64,000 nt of DNA. Source: an uncultured Lachnospiraceae bacterium (lineage in GTDB: Bacteria > Bacillota > Clostridia > Lachnospirales > Lachnospiraceae). The position numbers and the translations under genes are program-made. The notes under the pieces were generated by a model. That model was not told where the DNA came from and did not search any database. It worked only from the letters and a program-made list of their open reading frames with translations. The stretch lies in NCBI GenBank assembly GCA_947625015.1, contig CANQMR010000001.1:99624-163623 (forward strand), written 5' to 3'. Below are positions 26,379 through 36,700 of the stretch, in pieces. Numbering within the stretch: the stretch's first letter is position 1; each line of letters begins with the position of its first letter.

Positions 26379-27647
26379 TCAGGTAAGCTCTGCAATCTTG
26401 CTCACGCCCACATAAATCTGGGAAATCTTATACCATGTAGGATAGTCTACAATTCCGGTTGCAGGCAGGTTAAAGATGGACTGGAACTGCCGGACAGCGG
26501 CCTGCGTTGCATTCCCATATATGCCGTCAACGGCAATGGTGGGAATGGAGGGATAATTTTTGGCAATCCGGTTTAGCTGTTCCTGAATCATACGCACCTT
26601 GTCGCCTGTGGAGCCGTTGGATAAGTCGTATCCCGGCCAGGAGGAAGGAATACCGGAGATTTGTTCGGCTTCGTTGATATACATATCGTCACCGTAATAG
26701 TTCCGTATAATTTCAATGGCGGTGTACCCCTGGTCGCCTAAATATTTGGAACCCCACTGGCTCATCCAGTTCGGACAGGTAACGCGCTTGCCGTCGCAGT
26801 ATTGGGTGAGAATGGGCTGCGCCACATTGGGGCGGGACAGGTAGTTGGCAAATATCCGGTCAACGGTCTGGGAAATGTTTTCATACACCGTTTTCTGATA
26901 TATCCATTTATGGTCAAAGGCTGTAGAGCTGGTTATGGTAAAATCATAGCCCTTGCCCCGGTACCACTCTGTATATACCCGGTTTAAGGTAAAGGAGATA
27001 ATGGCAAGGATATTGGCGATAATGGTCTCCTCCGGCCAGGTGGCGTATATCTCGCAGGAGGCCACATTCTTGATATAGTCTTTATACGGGATATAATAAT
27101 CTGTGGCTGTGGTGTCCGTAGGGGCGCCGTCGTGGACCACAATATATTCCGGAACTACTACCTTGCTCAATACAATTTCGCCGCTTTCCGTTATGGGTTT
27201 AATCTCTGCCTCGGCAATCTTCGGAGGATAGTATTCCCACAGGGTATGGCCGCCGATAATGGTAGGATTGTAGTTGTCATTGCTTGTGGCGCTGGGATTC
27301 ATGCGGATATTTTGCAGACCCAGTTCTCCGGAAAGAATCTGCACGCCGGTAATAATCGCATCATCATACCCCTCCGCCGAAACTTTAATGTTATATTCGC
27401 TGTAGGGCTGGTTGTCGGTGGGATTCATGGAATATTCCAAGGGGGGAGCCGCAAGGGCAACAGAGGCCGTTTTTCCGTCTGCATTGGTTTCAATCTGTTC
27501 GATGGTCTGGTTGGGATTGCCTGTGCTTGCAATTTCAATCCGGGCATTTTGTACGGGTATCTGGTTATTTTCCGATATGGCGTTGATTTGCAGATATCCG
27601 GTATCAATGTTATCCTGGGTTGCTTTTAAAGCTTTTCTGTCATTCAT
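26379..27647 (-). CDS. sleC: spore cortex-lytic enzyme SleC-like (N-terminal pre-pro region, catalytic core, C-terminal peptidoglycan-binding domain)
   Basis: Long stretches match my recollection of clostridial SleC (PEYIVVHDG..., IISFTLNRVYTEWYRGKGYDFTITSSTA, QYCDG...WGSK.LGDQGY). The C-terminus is PG_binding_1-like. ATG 27647 follows AGGAAAGGA. Confidence 0.8.
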   Translation of the reverse strand: MNDRKALKATQDNIDTGYLQINAISENNQIPVQNARIEIASTGNPNQTIEQIETNADGKTASVALAAPPLEYSMNPTDNQPYSEYNIKVSAEGYDDAIITGVQILSGELGLQNIRMNPSATSNDNYNPTIIGGHTLWEYYPPKIAEAEIKPITESGEIVLSKVVVPEYIVVHDGAPTDTTATDYYIPYKDYIKNVASCEIYATWPEETIIANILAIISFTLNRVYTEWYRGKGYDFTITSSTAFDHKWIYQKTVYENISQTVDRIFANYLSRPNVAQPILTQYCDGKRVTCPNWMSQWGSKYLGDQGYTAIEIIRNYYGDDMYINEAEQISGIPSSWPGYDLSNGSTGDKVRMIQEQLNRIAKNYPSIPTIAVDGIYGNATQAAVRQFQSIFNLPATGIVDYPTWYKISQIYVGVSKIAELT

Positions 27648-27690
27648 ATTAAATCCTTTCCTTGCACAACACAAAAAAGCATATTTTTAT

Positions 27691-27718
27691 TAGGATATGC
27701 AGGACAGGAGGAAAAGGT
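27691..27718 (-). promoter_or_regulatory. sigma-K-type (mother-cell) promoter candidate for sleC
   Basis: Minus strand reads GGCACC-17 nt-CATATCCTA, matching AC-N16/17-CATAnnnTA. It lies about 44 nt upstream of the sleC ATG. Confidence 0.45.
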
Positions 27719-27728
27719 GCCGGACACA

Positions 27729-27755
27729 CAAAAAAAAGAGGGTGAAAGGCCCTCC
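27729..27755 (-). terminator. rho-independent terminator of the citrate synthase gene
   Basis: Minus strand: GAGGG-CCTTTCA-CCCTC followed by T8-9. Confidence 0.8.
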
Positions 27756-27757
27756 TT

Positions 27758-29137
27758 TTAGCTTCTGTGCTCGATATCCGTATACTCTTTATGCACCCCG
27801 ACAAATTTGTAGGCCGGGCGGATGATTTTTCCATGGTTTACCAGTTCCTCCAGACGGTGGGCGCTCCAGCCGGAAAGTCTGGATATGGCAAAGATAGGCG
27901 TAAACAGCTCTCTGGGGATTCCCAGCATGGTATAGACCAAGCCGCTGTAAAAGTCCACATTTGCGCAGACCGGCTTAAAGAGCCGCCTTTTTTTGGCAAT
28001 CAGCTTGGCGGCGATTTCCTCCACCGAGCAGTACAGATTAAATTCTTTCGTCATGTTTTTTGCCTCGCTTAAATGCAGGGCGTATTTCTTGAGGATGACC
28101 TCTCTCGGGTCGGAATCCGTATAGACCGCATGGCCCATGCCGTATATCAGCCCGGAGTGGTCAAAGACCTCGCCGTTTAATATTTTTTCCAGATAATTTT
28201 CAATTTCCTCCGTATTCTCCCAGTTTGTAACATTGGCTTTGATATCGTCAAACATTTCCTGCACCTTCAGATTGGCGCCGCCATGCTTCGGCCCTTTCAG
28301 GGATGCGATGGAGGCTGCGGTAGCGGAGTAGGTGTCGGTTCCCGAAGAGGTCACGACATGATTGGTAAAGGTGGAATTATTACCGCCGCCATGCTCGGCG
28401 TGCAGCACCAGACAGATATCTAATACCTTTGCCTCTAACTCCGTAAATTTGCCGTCCGGACGGAGCATTTGCAGAATGTTTTCCGCAATGGACATCTCCT
28501 TGTTGGGATTGCGGATGATTAGGGATGTCTCCCGGTTAAAGTGCATGTGCGCATGATAGGCGTAGACGGAAATCAAGGGCATTTTGGCAATTAACTGTAA
28601 GGACTGCATCAGCACGTTGGGAATCGAGATGTCGTCCGGGTTGCTGTCGTAGGAGTAAAGGGTAAGCACGCATTTTTGCAGGGCGTTCATAATATTTGCG
28701 GAGGGCTTTTTCATAATCACATCCCGCACAAACTGATTGGTCAGCTCGCTTAAGCTGGATAAAATGCCGATAAACTGCTCTAACTGTCTTTTGCTTGGCA
28801 GTTCTCCAAACAGCAGGAGATAGGTCGCCTCCTCAAAAGCGTAGCGCTTTCCCTTATGTCCTTTAATCAGATCGTACACATTATAGCCCTGATAAAAAAG
28901 CTGGCCGTCGGAGGGAATGGGGCGTCCGTCCTCAATCCGGTAGGACAGCACATCTGCAATCTCCGTAAGGCCCGTTAATACGCCCTTGCCGTTGCTGTCG
29001 CGCAGTCCCCGCTTCACGTCATATTCCGTATAAAGCCCTAAGTCAATCTCGCCGGAAATTAAGCAGTAATTTACCAGTTCATTGAAATTACCGGTCTGGG
29101 TGGCGGATAAGGCCATCATGTCTTTTTGGTTGTTCAT
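27758..29137 (-). CDS. citrate synthase (citrate/2-methylcitrate synthase family)
   Basis: GPKHGGAN, YGMGHAVYTDSDPR and NVDFYSG signature segments. ATG 29137 lies 8 nt after GGAAGG. Confidence 0.92.
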   Translation of the reverse strand: MNNQKDMMALSATQTGNFNELVNYCLISGEIDLGLYTEYDVKRGLRDSNGKGVLTGLTEIADVLSYRIEDGRPIPSDGQLFYQGYNVYDLIKGHKGKRYAFEEATYLLLFGELPSKRQLEQFIGILSSLSELTNQFVRDVIMKKPSANIMNALQKCVLTLYSYDSNPDDISIPNVLMQSLQLIAKMPLISVYAYHAHMHFNRETSLIIRNPNKEMSIAENILQMLRPDGKFTELEAKVLDICLVLHAEHGGGNNSTFTNHVVTSSGTDTYSATAASIASLKGPKHGGANLKVQEMFDDIKANVTNWENTEEIENYLEKILNGEVFDHSGLIYGMGHAVYTDSDPREVILKKYALHLSEAKNMTKEFNLYCSVEEIAAKLIAKKRRLFKPVCANVDFYSGLVYTMLGIPRELFTPIFAISRLSGWSAHRLEELVNHGKIIRPAYKFVGVHKEYTDIEHRS

Positions 29138-29174
29138 ATGTATCACCTTCCATTTCTATATTCGCAAAGAGAAA

Positions 29175-29210
29175 GACACTGATCACGATTCCGTCTTCGC
29201 AATCAGTGTC
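29175..29210 (-). terminator. terminator-like hairpin (9-bp stem) lying between the FNT gene and the citrate synthase start
   Basis: GACACTGAT-N18-ATCAGTGTC. On the minus strand it is followed by TTTCTCTTTG. Confidence 0.45.
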
Positions 29211-29239
29211 CCGCTGTCTCATCAAACATTCACAATCCC

Positions 29240-29268
29240 ATCATAGGATATTTTTTGATGTTATACAA
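29240..29268 (-). promoter_or_regulatory. sigma-A-type promoter candidate TTGTAT-17-TATGAT (minus strand)
   Basis: -35 at 29263-29268, -10 at 29240-29245. It lies upstream of the hairpin at 29175-29210. Confidence 0.45.
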
Positions 29269-29304
29269 GAAAAACTTTATAACTTAGACAAAAACAGAAT
29301 ATTA

Positions 29305-30147
29305 TTAATCATTTTCCCATTGCACATTAATAAAATAAAGCATAAAGCCCACAAACATACCGCCTAACACATTACCGATTGTCACCGGAATAAAATTGTG
29401 GAGCACGCCCGTAATGTTTAAGGCGTCCAACTGGGCCGCGGTAATCCCGTAAAGTTCTTCGGCTTTTAAAGTATATGCGGGATTGCCTGCCGCAATGATA
29501 CCTAATGGAATATAGTACATATTGGCTACTACATGCTCAAAGCCGTTGATGATAAAGGCAAAAATGGGAAACCAGGTAGCCATAATCTTACCGGCTGCGT
29601 CCTTGGCCGCCGCCCCTTTTAAGATAGCCATGCATACCAGAAAATTACATAAAAACCCGGAGGTAATCCCCCGGAGCGGGGTAATCGTAGCCTTATCCAA
29701 GGCAATCTTGATTGTGTATGCCCCAAGGGCGCCGTCGCTGTAATTTAAGTTGCCGCTTAAGTAGACCAGCACATCGATTATCAGGGAGCCGACGAGATTG
29801 GAAAAGAATACAATAATCAGGTTACGAAGCAATAACCGTATCCGTATCCGCTTGTCAAGCGTTGCCATAACCATAAGGCAGTTACCGGTAAAAAGCTCGC
29901 CGCCCACTAATACAATCATCAAAAGTCCGATGGGGAATATACATCCGGACAGGGTTTTGGCAAGCCCTAAATTCGTGATGGTATGAGTGGCAGTATTGCT
30001 GGTAACGCCGCCCACGCCGATAAACATTCCTGCTAAAATTCCCATGGCAATCATCTTGGAAAGCCCCATGTTGGCTTTCTTCACTGCGTTATCCATATTG
30101 GAATCCACAATCTCCCTGGGGGTATTCATAATTTGCATTTTTGGCAT
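29305..30147 (-). CDS. formate/nitrite transporter (FNT) family protein
   Basis: Six-TM channel pattern with the VGGELFTGN signature. ATG 30147 is preceded by GGAGAACAAT; the longer ORF-track start lacks an RBS. Confidence 0.88.
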   Translation of the reverse strand: MPKMQIMNTPREIVDSNMDNAVKKANMGLSKMIAMGILAGMFIGVGGVTSNTATHTITNLGLAKTLSGCIFPIGLLMIVLVGGELFTGNCLMVMATLDKRIRIRLLLRNLIIVFFSNLVGSLIIDVLVYLSGNLNYSDGALGAYTIKIALDKATITPLRGITSGFLCNFLVCMAILKGAAAKDAAGKIMATWFPIFAFIINGFEHVVANMYYIPLGIIAAGNPAYTLKAEELYGITAAQLDALNITGVLHNFIPVTIGNVLGGMFVGFMLYFINVQWEND

Positions 30148-30302
30148 ATTGTTCTCCTTTTTTGAAGCCTTGTTATCATGTTCCTTTGTACGGCTAATAC
30201 AGCCCGTCAGGCGTGTTGCAGCTTCCTGCCGTATTCCGGTACCGTCTGTATACAGTTTATCGGAAACCGGACAGGAAAGCAATAATATTTATAAAATTTT
30301 TA

Positions 30303-30331
30303 TTGAAAGCTGGAAATCAGGGGTGTATAAT
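30303..30331 (+). promoter_or_regulatory. consensus sigma-A promoter TTGAAA-17-TATAAT
   Basis: -35 at 30303-30308, -10 at 30326-30331, about 85 nt upstream of the MFS gene. Confidence 0.65.
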
Positions 30332-30415
30332 AAATGCGTTTAGTTTCTGTTTACGCAAAATGCGGAGATAGAACATTTTTTATGGAAGAAAAACAAAGGA
30401 TGTGGAGGATGAGAC

Positions 30416-31804
30416 ATGGAAGAGAACGAAAAGAAAAGCGGTGGCTGGCGCACAAACAAGTGGTTTCGCGCCGCCATACCGGCGCTGCTTTTGCACTGTA
30501 GTATCGGTACCGTATACTGCTGGTCAATTTTTAGTCAGGAGATTGCAGACTACATAGGATTTTCCAAAGGAGCAACAGAGTGGGCATTCAGCTTTGCTAT
30601 CTTTTTCCTTGGTATGTCGGCAGCCTTTTTGGGAAATGTGGTGGAAAAGGATATCCACAAGTCTTCCCTGATTGCGGCAATCTGTTTCGCTTTAGGTATG
30701 GCTGGAACCGGATTTTTTATCTATTACGGCGGACAGCATCCCAGTACAGTTTTATCTTTAGTGGGAATCTATATCTGTTACGGATTTATCATGGGTATCG
30801 GACTTGGAACCGGATATTTGTCCCCGGTTAAGACGCTGATGCTTTGGTTTGAGGACAGGAAAGGTCTTGCTACCGGTCTGGCCGTTGCAGGATTTGGCGC
30901 AGCCAAGGCGATTGCAAGCCCGATTATGCAGGCAATGTTAGACGGCTTAGGCGACGGCGGCATCTATAAGATGTTCTGGATTTTAGCCTGCGTCTACTTT
31001 GTTATGATGTTTGTGGGCCACCTGCTGTTAAAGAAGCCGGAGGGCTGGCACGAGCCGCAGACAAAGGAAAAAGGACAGAGCATTATGTCTGTAATTAAGA
31101 CAAAGCCGATTTCCAATTACATCGGTATCTGGCTGATGTTTTATATCAATATCACCTGCGGCCTTGCATTGATTTCCCAGGAGAAAATGATTGTAAAATG
31201 TATCGGTCTTGCCAGCGTGGTTGGTATTATCTCTACGATTTCCGCTATTTTCAATGCGGGAGGCCGCCTGGGATTTTCCGCATGGGCGGACACCATGAAG
31301 GATAGAAATACCATTTACAAATTGATTTTTGCGCTTTCCATTATCTTTACGGCAATCATCATTGTAACGAACGGTATTGAAAACGGAGAGGGCAATACGC
31401 TGCTTACCATTTTGGTACTTTGCTTAATCTTTGTTGTAAATGCAGGCTACGGCGGAGGATTTTCCAATGTGCCGACGCTGCTTTCCGACCATTACGGCAT
31501 GGGCAGCATCAGTGCAATCCATGGTCTTACCCTGTCTGCATGGGCTTTTGCGGGACTGACCGGTAACCAGATGGCAACCTGGATTGTCAATCATTTTGGA
31601 GAACCTGTGATGATTCATGATGTTGAGGTCAATCCGGTAGGATATCAGCATGTGTTATATGCAACCATTGTGCTGTACATCATCGCATTAATCGTATGTC
31701 TGGTTTTGGTAAGGCCTACGGATAAGGCGTTGGCAGCAAAACAGGAAAAGAAACAGAAGGCAGAGGAGAAAAAGGCGGCTGCCGAGGAAAAGACGGAAGA
31801 ATAA
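30416..31804 (+). CDS. MFS transporter, oxalate/formate antiporter (OFA)-like
   Basis: 462 aa, about 12 TM. N-terminal RW..A.......G.VYCWSIF pattern recalled for OFA/L-lactate-type MFS. K/E-rich C-terminal tail. Confidence 0.8.
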   Translation: MEENEKKSGGWRTNKWFRAAIPALLLHCSIGTVYCWSIFSQEIADYIGFSKGATEWAFSFAIFFLGMSAAFLGNVVEKDIHKSSLIAAICFALGMAGTGFFIYYGGQHPSTVLSLVGIYICYGFIMGIGLGTGYLSPVKTLMLWFEDRKGLATGLAVAGFGAAKAIASPIMQAMLDGLGDGGIYKMFWILACVYFVMMFVGHLLLKKPEGWHEPQTKEKGQSIMSVIKTKPISNYIGIWLMFYINITCGLALISQEKMIVKCIGLASVVGIISTISAIFNAGGRLGFSAWADTMKDRNTIYKLIFALSIIFTAIIIVTNGIENGEGNTLLTILVLCLIFVVNAGYGGGFSNVPTLLSDHYGMGSISAIHGLTLSAWAFAGLTGNQMATWIVNHFGEPVMIHDVEVNPVGYQHVLYATIVLYIIALIVCLVLVRPTDKALAAKQEKKQKAEEKKAAAEEKTEE

Positions 31805-31832
31805 TTTCTAAGATATGTGGATATAACCATAA

Positions 31833-31886
31833 GGACTGCTATGGAGAACCTGCTTTCCCCATAGCGGTCCTGTTTTATTTATTTTT
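31833..31886 (+). terminator. rho-independent terminator
   Basis: GGACTGCTATGG-N14-CCATAGCGGTCC followed by TGTTTTATTTATTTTT. Confidence 0.85.
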
Positions 31887-31923
31887 GTGGGATTTGTTTT
31901 ATTTATTCCTGCGGGGATTTCAT

Positions 31924-31952
31924 TTGTCAAAACAGGCTTTTTGTGATATAGT
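31924..31952 (+). promoter_or_regulatory. sigma-A promoter candidate TTGTCA-17-TATAGT for plsX
   Basis: -35 at 31924-31929, -10 at 31947-31952. Confidence 0.55.
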
Positions 31953-32005
31953 AAATAAGTTGTGTTATGCTTATCTGAACCAGAGTTGAGAATGGAGGTA
32001 TGCTT

Positions 32006-33013
32006 ATGCCGGAAATGACAAAGATTGCGTTAGACGCTATGGGCGGTGACAATTCGCCGGGAGAAATGGTGTTAGGCGCCGTTAATGCGGTGAAGGAAAA
32101 AGAAGGATTATTTGTATATATCGTGGGACCGGAAGAAAGGCTTAAGGCGGAGCTTGCCAAATATGAGTATCCGGCGGACCGGATTGAGATTGTTCATGCG
32201 CCGGACGAGATTACCTGTCATGATTCGCCGGTCAACGCAATCCGGCAGAAAAAAGAATCCTCCATGGTGAAGGCTCTGCGCATGGTAAAGGAGGGGCAGG
32301 CAGACGGCTTTGTATCCTCCGGCAATTCAGGGGCAATTTTAGTAGGCGGGCAGGTTTTAGTCGGCAAGATGAAGGGGATTGAACGCGCTCCCTTAGCGCC
32401 GGTTATGCCTACCATGAACGGAGTTTCCCTGTTGATTGACTGCGGCGCTAATGTGGACGCTAAAGCCAGCAATCTGGTACAGTTTGCAAAGATGGGTTCC
32501 ATTTATATGGAGCATGTTATCGGGGTTCCCAATCCCAGGGTGGCGATCGTCAATATCGGCGCCGAAGAGGAGAAGGGAAACGCCTTGGTAAAAGAGACAT
32601 TTCCACTCTTAAAGGAGTGCAAGGATATCAATTTCATTGGCAGTATTGAGGCAAGGGATTTTCCTTATGGCGCGGCTGACGTAGTAGTTACGGAGGCGTT
32701 TGTCGGCAATGTCATGTTAAAGCTTTCCGAAGGGTTAGCCTCCGGATTGATTCAAAAGATAAAAGAGGGCCTTACCTCCACGCCAATCTCTGCTTTCGGG
32801 GCGGCGTTAGCAAAACCGCAGCTTAAAAAGATGCTGAAAATCTTTGATGTTACCCAGTATGGCGGCGCGCCTTTGTTGGGCTTAAACGGCTTAGTGGTAA
32901 AAATTCATGGCAACGCCACCAACAAGGAGGTTAAGAACGCCCTGTTTCAGGTGGGTACTTTTAAGGAACAGGATATTAACGGAAAGATTAAGGAATATCT
33001 CTTAGGAGAGTAA
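32006..33013 (+). CDS. plsX: phosphate acyltransferase PlsX
   Basis: KIALDAMGGDN start region and overall PlsX pattern. ATG 32006 lies 7 nt after GGAGG; the ORF-track start is 32000. Confidence 0.93.
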   Translation: MPEMTKIALDAMGGDNSPGEMVLGAVNAVKEKEGLFVYIVGPEERLKAELAKYEYPADRIEIVHAPDEITCHDSPVNAIRQKKESSMVKALRMVKEGQADGFVSSGNSGAILVGGQVLVGKMKGIERAPLAPVMPTMNGVSLLIDCGANVDAKASNLVQFAKMGSIYMEHVIGVPNPRVAIVNIGAEEEKGNALVKETFPLLKECKDINFIGSIEARDFPYGAADVVVTEAFVGNVMLKLSEGLASGLIQKIKEGLTSTPISAFGAALAKPQLKKMLKIFDVTQYGGAPLLGLNGLVVKIHGNATNKEVKNALFQVGTFKEQDINGKIKEYLLGE

Positions 33014-33028
33014 TGGAGAACAGTTTGT

Positions 33029-33730
33029 ATGTTGAATTATGACGAGGGAAAAATTGAACAGAGCATACAGTACGAATTTCAGGATAAGAATTTAATCAGG
33101 CAGGCATTTTCCCACAGCTCTTTTATTAACGAGATGAAGAGGAAGGGAATGGAGAGCTATGAGCGTCTGGAATTTTTGGGAGATGCGGTATTAGAACTGA
33201 TTACCAGTGAATTTTTGTTTGAGGAATACCGGAATTTACCGGAGGGCAAGCTGACAAAGCTAAGAGCCTCTATCGTCTGCGAGTTTACCCTGTCCAGTGT
33301 GGCAAAGCAGCTTCACTTTGGGGATTATGTATTGCTGTCAAGAGGTGAGGAGCTTACCGGCGGAAGGAACCGAAATTCCATACTCTGCGATCTGTTTGAA
33401 GCGGTATTAGGCGCCATTTATTTAGACGGCGGCATGGAGGCGGCAAAAAAGTATGTTCACACCTTTTTGCTGACGGATATTGAGCATAAGACATTGTTCT
33501 ATGACGCCAAGACGACTTTGCAGGAGATGGTGCAAAAAGACGGCAGGGGAGTTGTCACCTACGAGCTGATAGAGGAAAAAGGGCCGGACCACAATAAGAT
33601 ATTTGTGACGGCGGTTTTGGTAGACGGGGTAAGCCTTGCCACAGGCGAGGGGACTTCAAAGAAAAGCGCCCAGCAGATGGCCGCGTACAGGGCAATTTTA
33701 GCGCTTCAGGGCAACCATACGGAGGATTAA
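33029..33730 (+). CDS. rnc: ribonuclease III
   Basis: ERLEFLGDAV signature plus a C-terminal dsRBD. Confidence 0.95.
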   Translation: MLNYDEGKIEQSIQYEFQDKNLIRQAFSHSSFINEMKRKGMESYERLEFLGDAVLELITSEFLFEEYRNLPEGKLTKLRASIVCEFTLSSVAKQLHFGDYVLLSRGEELTGGRNRNSILCDLFEAVLGAIYLDGGMEAAKKYVHTFLLTDIEHKTLFYDAKTTLQEMVQKDGRGVVTYELIEEKGPDHNKIFVTAVLVDGVSLATGEGTSKKSAQQMAAYRAILALQGNHTED

Positions 33731-33734
33731 GGAA

Positions 33735-36700
33735 ATGTATTTAAAGAGTATAGAGGTATATGGATTTAAATCCTTTGCCAACCGGATTATATTTGAATTT
33801 AATAAGGGCATTACCGGAATTGTTGGGCCTAACGGAAGCGGCAAGAGCAATGTGGGCGATGCGGTCCGCTGGGTATTAGGCGAGCAGAGCGCCAAGCAGC
33901 TTCGCGGGGCCAAGATGGAAGATGTTATTTTCTCCGGAACAGAACTTCGGAAACCCCATGGTTCCGCCTATGTGGCGATTACCCTTGACAACAGCGACCA
34001 TTCCCTGCCTGTGGATTACGAGGAAGTCACTGTGGCGAGGAGGGTATACCGTTCCGGTGAAAGCGAGTATCTGATTAACGGGAATGTCAGCCGGTTAAAA
34101 GACGTTCATTCCCTGTTCTTTGATACCGGTATCGGCAAGGAGGGTTACTCCATTATCGGGCAGGGCCAGGTGGAGCGGATACTGTCCGGCAAGCCGGAGG
34201 AGAGAAGGGAGCTTTTTGACGAGGCTGCCGGTATTGTGAAATACAAGAAAAATAAGGCGGCAACCGAGAAATCCTTAGAGGCGGAACGGGAGAATTTAAA
34301 CCGGGTAAACGACATTTTAGCCGAGCTAGAGCGGCAGGTGGGCCCCTTAAAGCAGCAGTCCGAGGTGGCAAAAAAATATCTGGTGTACAAGGGGGAACTA
34401 AAACGTTTCGACGTCAATGTGTTCCTGATGGAAAATGAAAAGTTAGAGCAGGACTTAAAGGATAAAGAGGAAAAATTACATATTGTCAACGAGGACAGCG
34501 AGCGTTTAAAGGCTGAGTTTGAGGAGACCAAAAGCGAATATGAGCGCATGGAGACGGTTTTAGAGGAATCTGCCCGTACCATTGAGGACGACCGGAACCG
34601 GATACACGAATTAAAGCTGAATGCAGAGCGGAACGAGGGCGAGGTCAACGTCTTAAAACAGCAGATTTCCAACGCCAAGTCCACAGACATTCATTTGAGC
34701 GAGCAGATTGACCGGATTAACCAGTCCTTGGCTTCCCAGGAAAAGGAAAAGAGGGAATTTCAGGAGAAGAAGGCGGCCTTGGATGAAAAAATGGACAGCG
34801 CTGATGATGTGGTGGATGAAGCCCAGGCAGTAAGCCAGGCCATTGAGGAGGAGATTGCCGGACTTTTAGAGGAGATTGAAAAGAGCAAGGCAGATATCAT
34901 TGAATACTTAAATGACGACGCCAATTTAAAGGCAAAGGTCGGAAGATACGACACCATGCTCGAAAACATCAGCTATCGGAAAACCCAGCTAAACCAGCGG
35001 TTTTTACAGTTCAAATCCGACGAGCTTAAGGATAAGGAGGAATATGAAAAGCACAATACCTCCCTTGCCGAAATCGAGAAGACGGTTGCGGAAATTCTGG
35101 AAAAATTAGAAGATACGGACGCTAAACTTGACAAAAATACCATTGAAACCAATGAAAATAAACAGCGTTTATCCGGCGCAAACAATGAGTACAGCAGCGT
35201 AAAATCCAAGTTAGAGGCTTTGCGGAATATCACTGAACGCTATGACGGGTACGGCAATTCCATTAAGCGGGTTATGGAGCAGAAAAGCAGCAATCCGGGA
35301 ATTGTCGGCGTTGTTGCAGATATTATTCAGGTCAATCAGGAATATGAGATTGCCGTTGAGACCGCCCTTGGCGGAAGTATTCAGAATATTGTAACGGATA
35401 ACGAAAATACGGCTAAGCGCCTGATACAGTTTTTAAAGAAAAATAAATTTGGACGGGCGACCTTTCTTCCCTTGACTACAATCGGCGGAAAATACAGCGA
35501 ATTTAACAACAAAGAGGCGTTAAAGGAGCCGGGCGTCATCGGGCTTGCCAAGGATTTGGTAAAGGTCCATGACAAATACAGCGCTGTGACAGACCATTTA
35601 CTTGGAAGAATCTTGGTAGTCGATACCATTGACCATGCCATTGCAGTCAATAAAAAATACCACCAGAGCCTGCGGATTGTTACCAAGGAAGGGGAACTGC
35701 TGACGCCGGGCGGCGCCATGACAGGCGGGGCCTTTAAAAATTCCTCCAATCTGTTGGGCCGGAAACGGGAGTTGGACGAGCTTACCAAGGAACTGGCGGA
35801 GATTAATAACGAGATTGCCAATGCCACCAAAGAGGAGAGCGAACTCCATGAGGTGCGGGAGCAGTTAAAGCATACCAAAGAAGATTTAAATTTAAAGCTA
35901 CAGGAGCTTTATTTACAGAAAAATACAGTATCCATAAGCATTGAGCAGGTTTCCAAAAACCTTGCGGAGACGGCGAACGCATTTGCTTCAGTGAATAAGG
36001 AGAGCAAGGAGTTAGAGGCTCAGATTGAGGAGATTAACCAGAATAAAAATGAGCTTTACGACAATCACAAGCAGGCGGAGGCGGCAAAGCAGGCGTTAGA
36101 GGAACGGATTACCGCGCTAGAGGAGCAGGCGGCCGCAAAAAGAGAGGAACTTAAGAAGTCCAATGAGCGGGTTTCCGAGCTCATGATTGAGTTTAATACC
36201 ATTAAGCAGCAGGATGATTTCTTAATCGAGAATTTAAGAAGAATCAGGGTAGAAGAGGGGAAACTGAAAGAAGAGTTAGAGCTTTACCGTTCCCAGATGA
36301 GCAATTCCGGCAAGGCTGTAGAGGAGTTAGTGGGTAAGATTAACCAGTTCAACGCCCTTATCGAAAAAGACCGGGAAGAGATTGTCCGCTTAGAGGAAAA
36401 TCTGCAAAAAGCGGTGGCCGAAAGAGAAGAATTAAATGCAAGGCATAAGGAATTTTTCGGCAGACGGGAAAAGTTAAATGAGGAGATTACAGGATTGGAT
36501 AAGTCAGCATTCAGGCTGTCTGCCCAAGTGGAGAAGTTAAGCGAACAGGCGGATAACTTAAGCCGGTATATGTGGGAGGAATATGAGCTTACTTATCAGT
36601 CTGCCATGGAGTTAAAGGACAATACCTTGAATGACTTAGACGCCCTGAAACGGGAGGTATCCCAAGTCAAGGCAAAGATTAAATCCTTAGGGGATGTAAA

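Noticed and set aside
30148-30300. ZTP (pfl motif) or another known riboswitch upstream of the FNT transporter
   Set aside because: There is no ACUGGCG or CCGCCUGGGC-type conserved segment; only ACGCCTGACGGGC is present. No other riboswitch consensus I can recall matches. It is kept only as an unexplained structured leader.
34145-35878. Several long Ser/Phe/Leu-rich minus-strand ORFs inside smc (e.g. 34145-34690 and 35381-35878)
   Set aside because: They are the reverse complement of E/K/L-rich coiled-coil codons (GAA/AAG/CTT), which suppresses stop codons on the antisense strand. No starts have an RBS.
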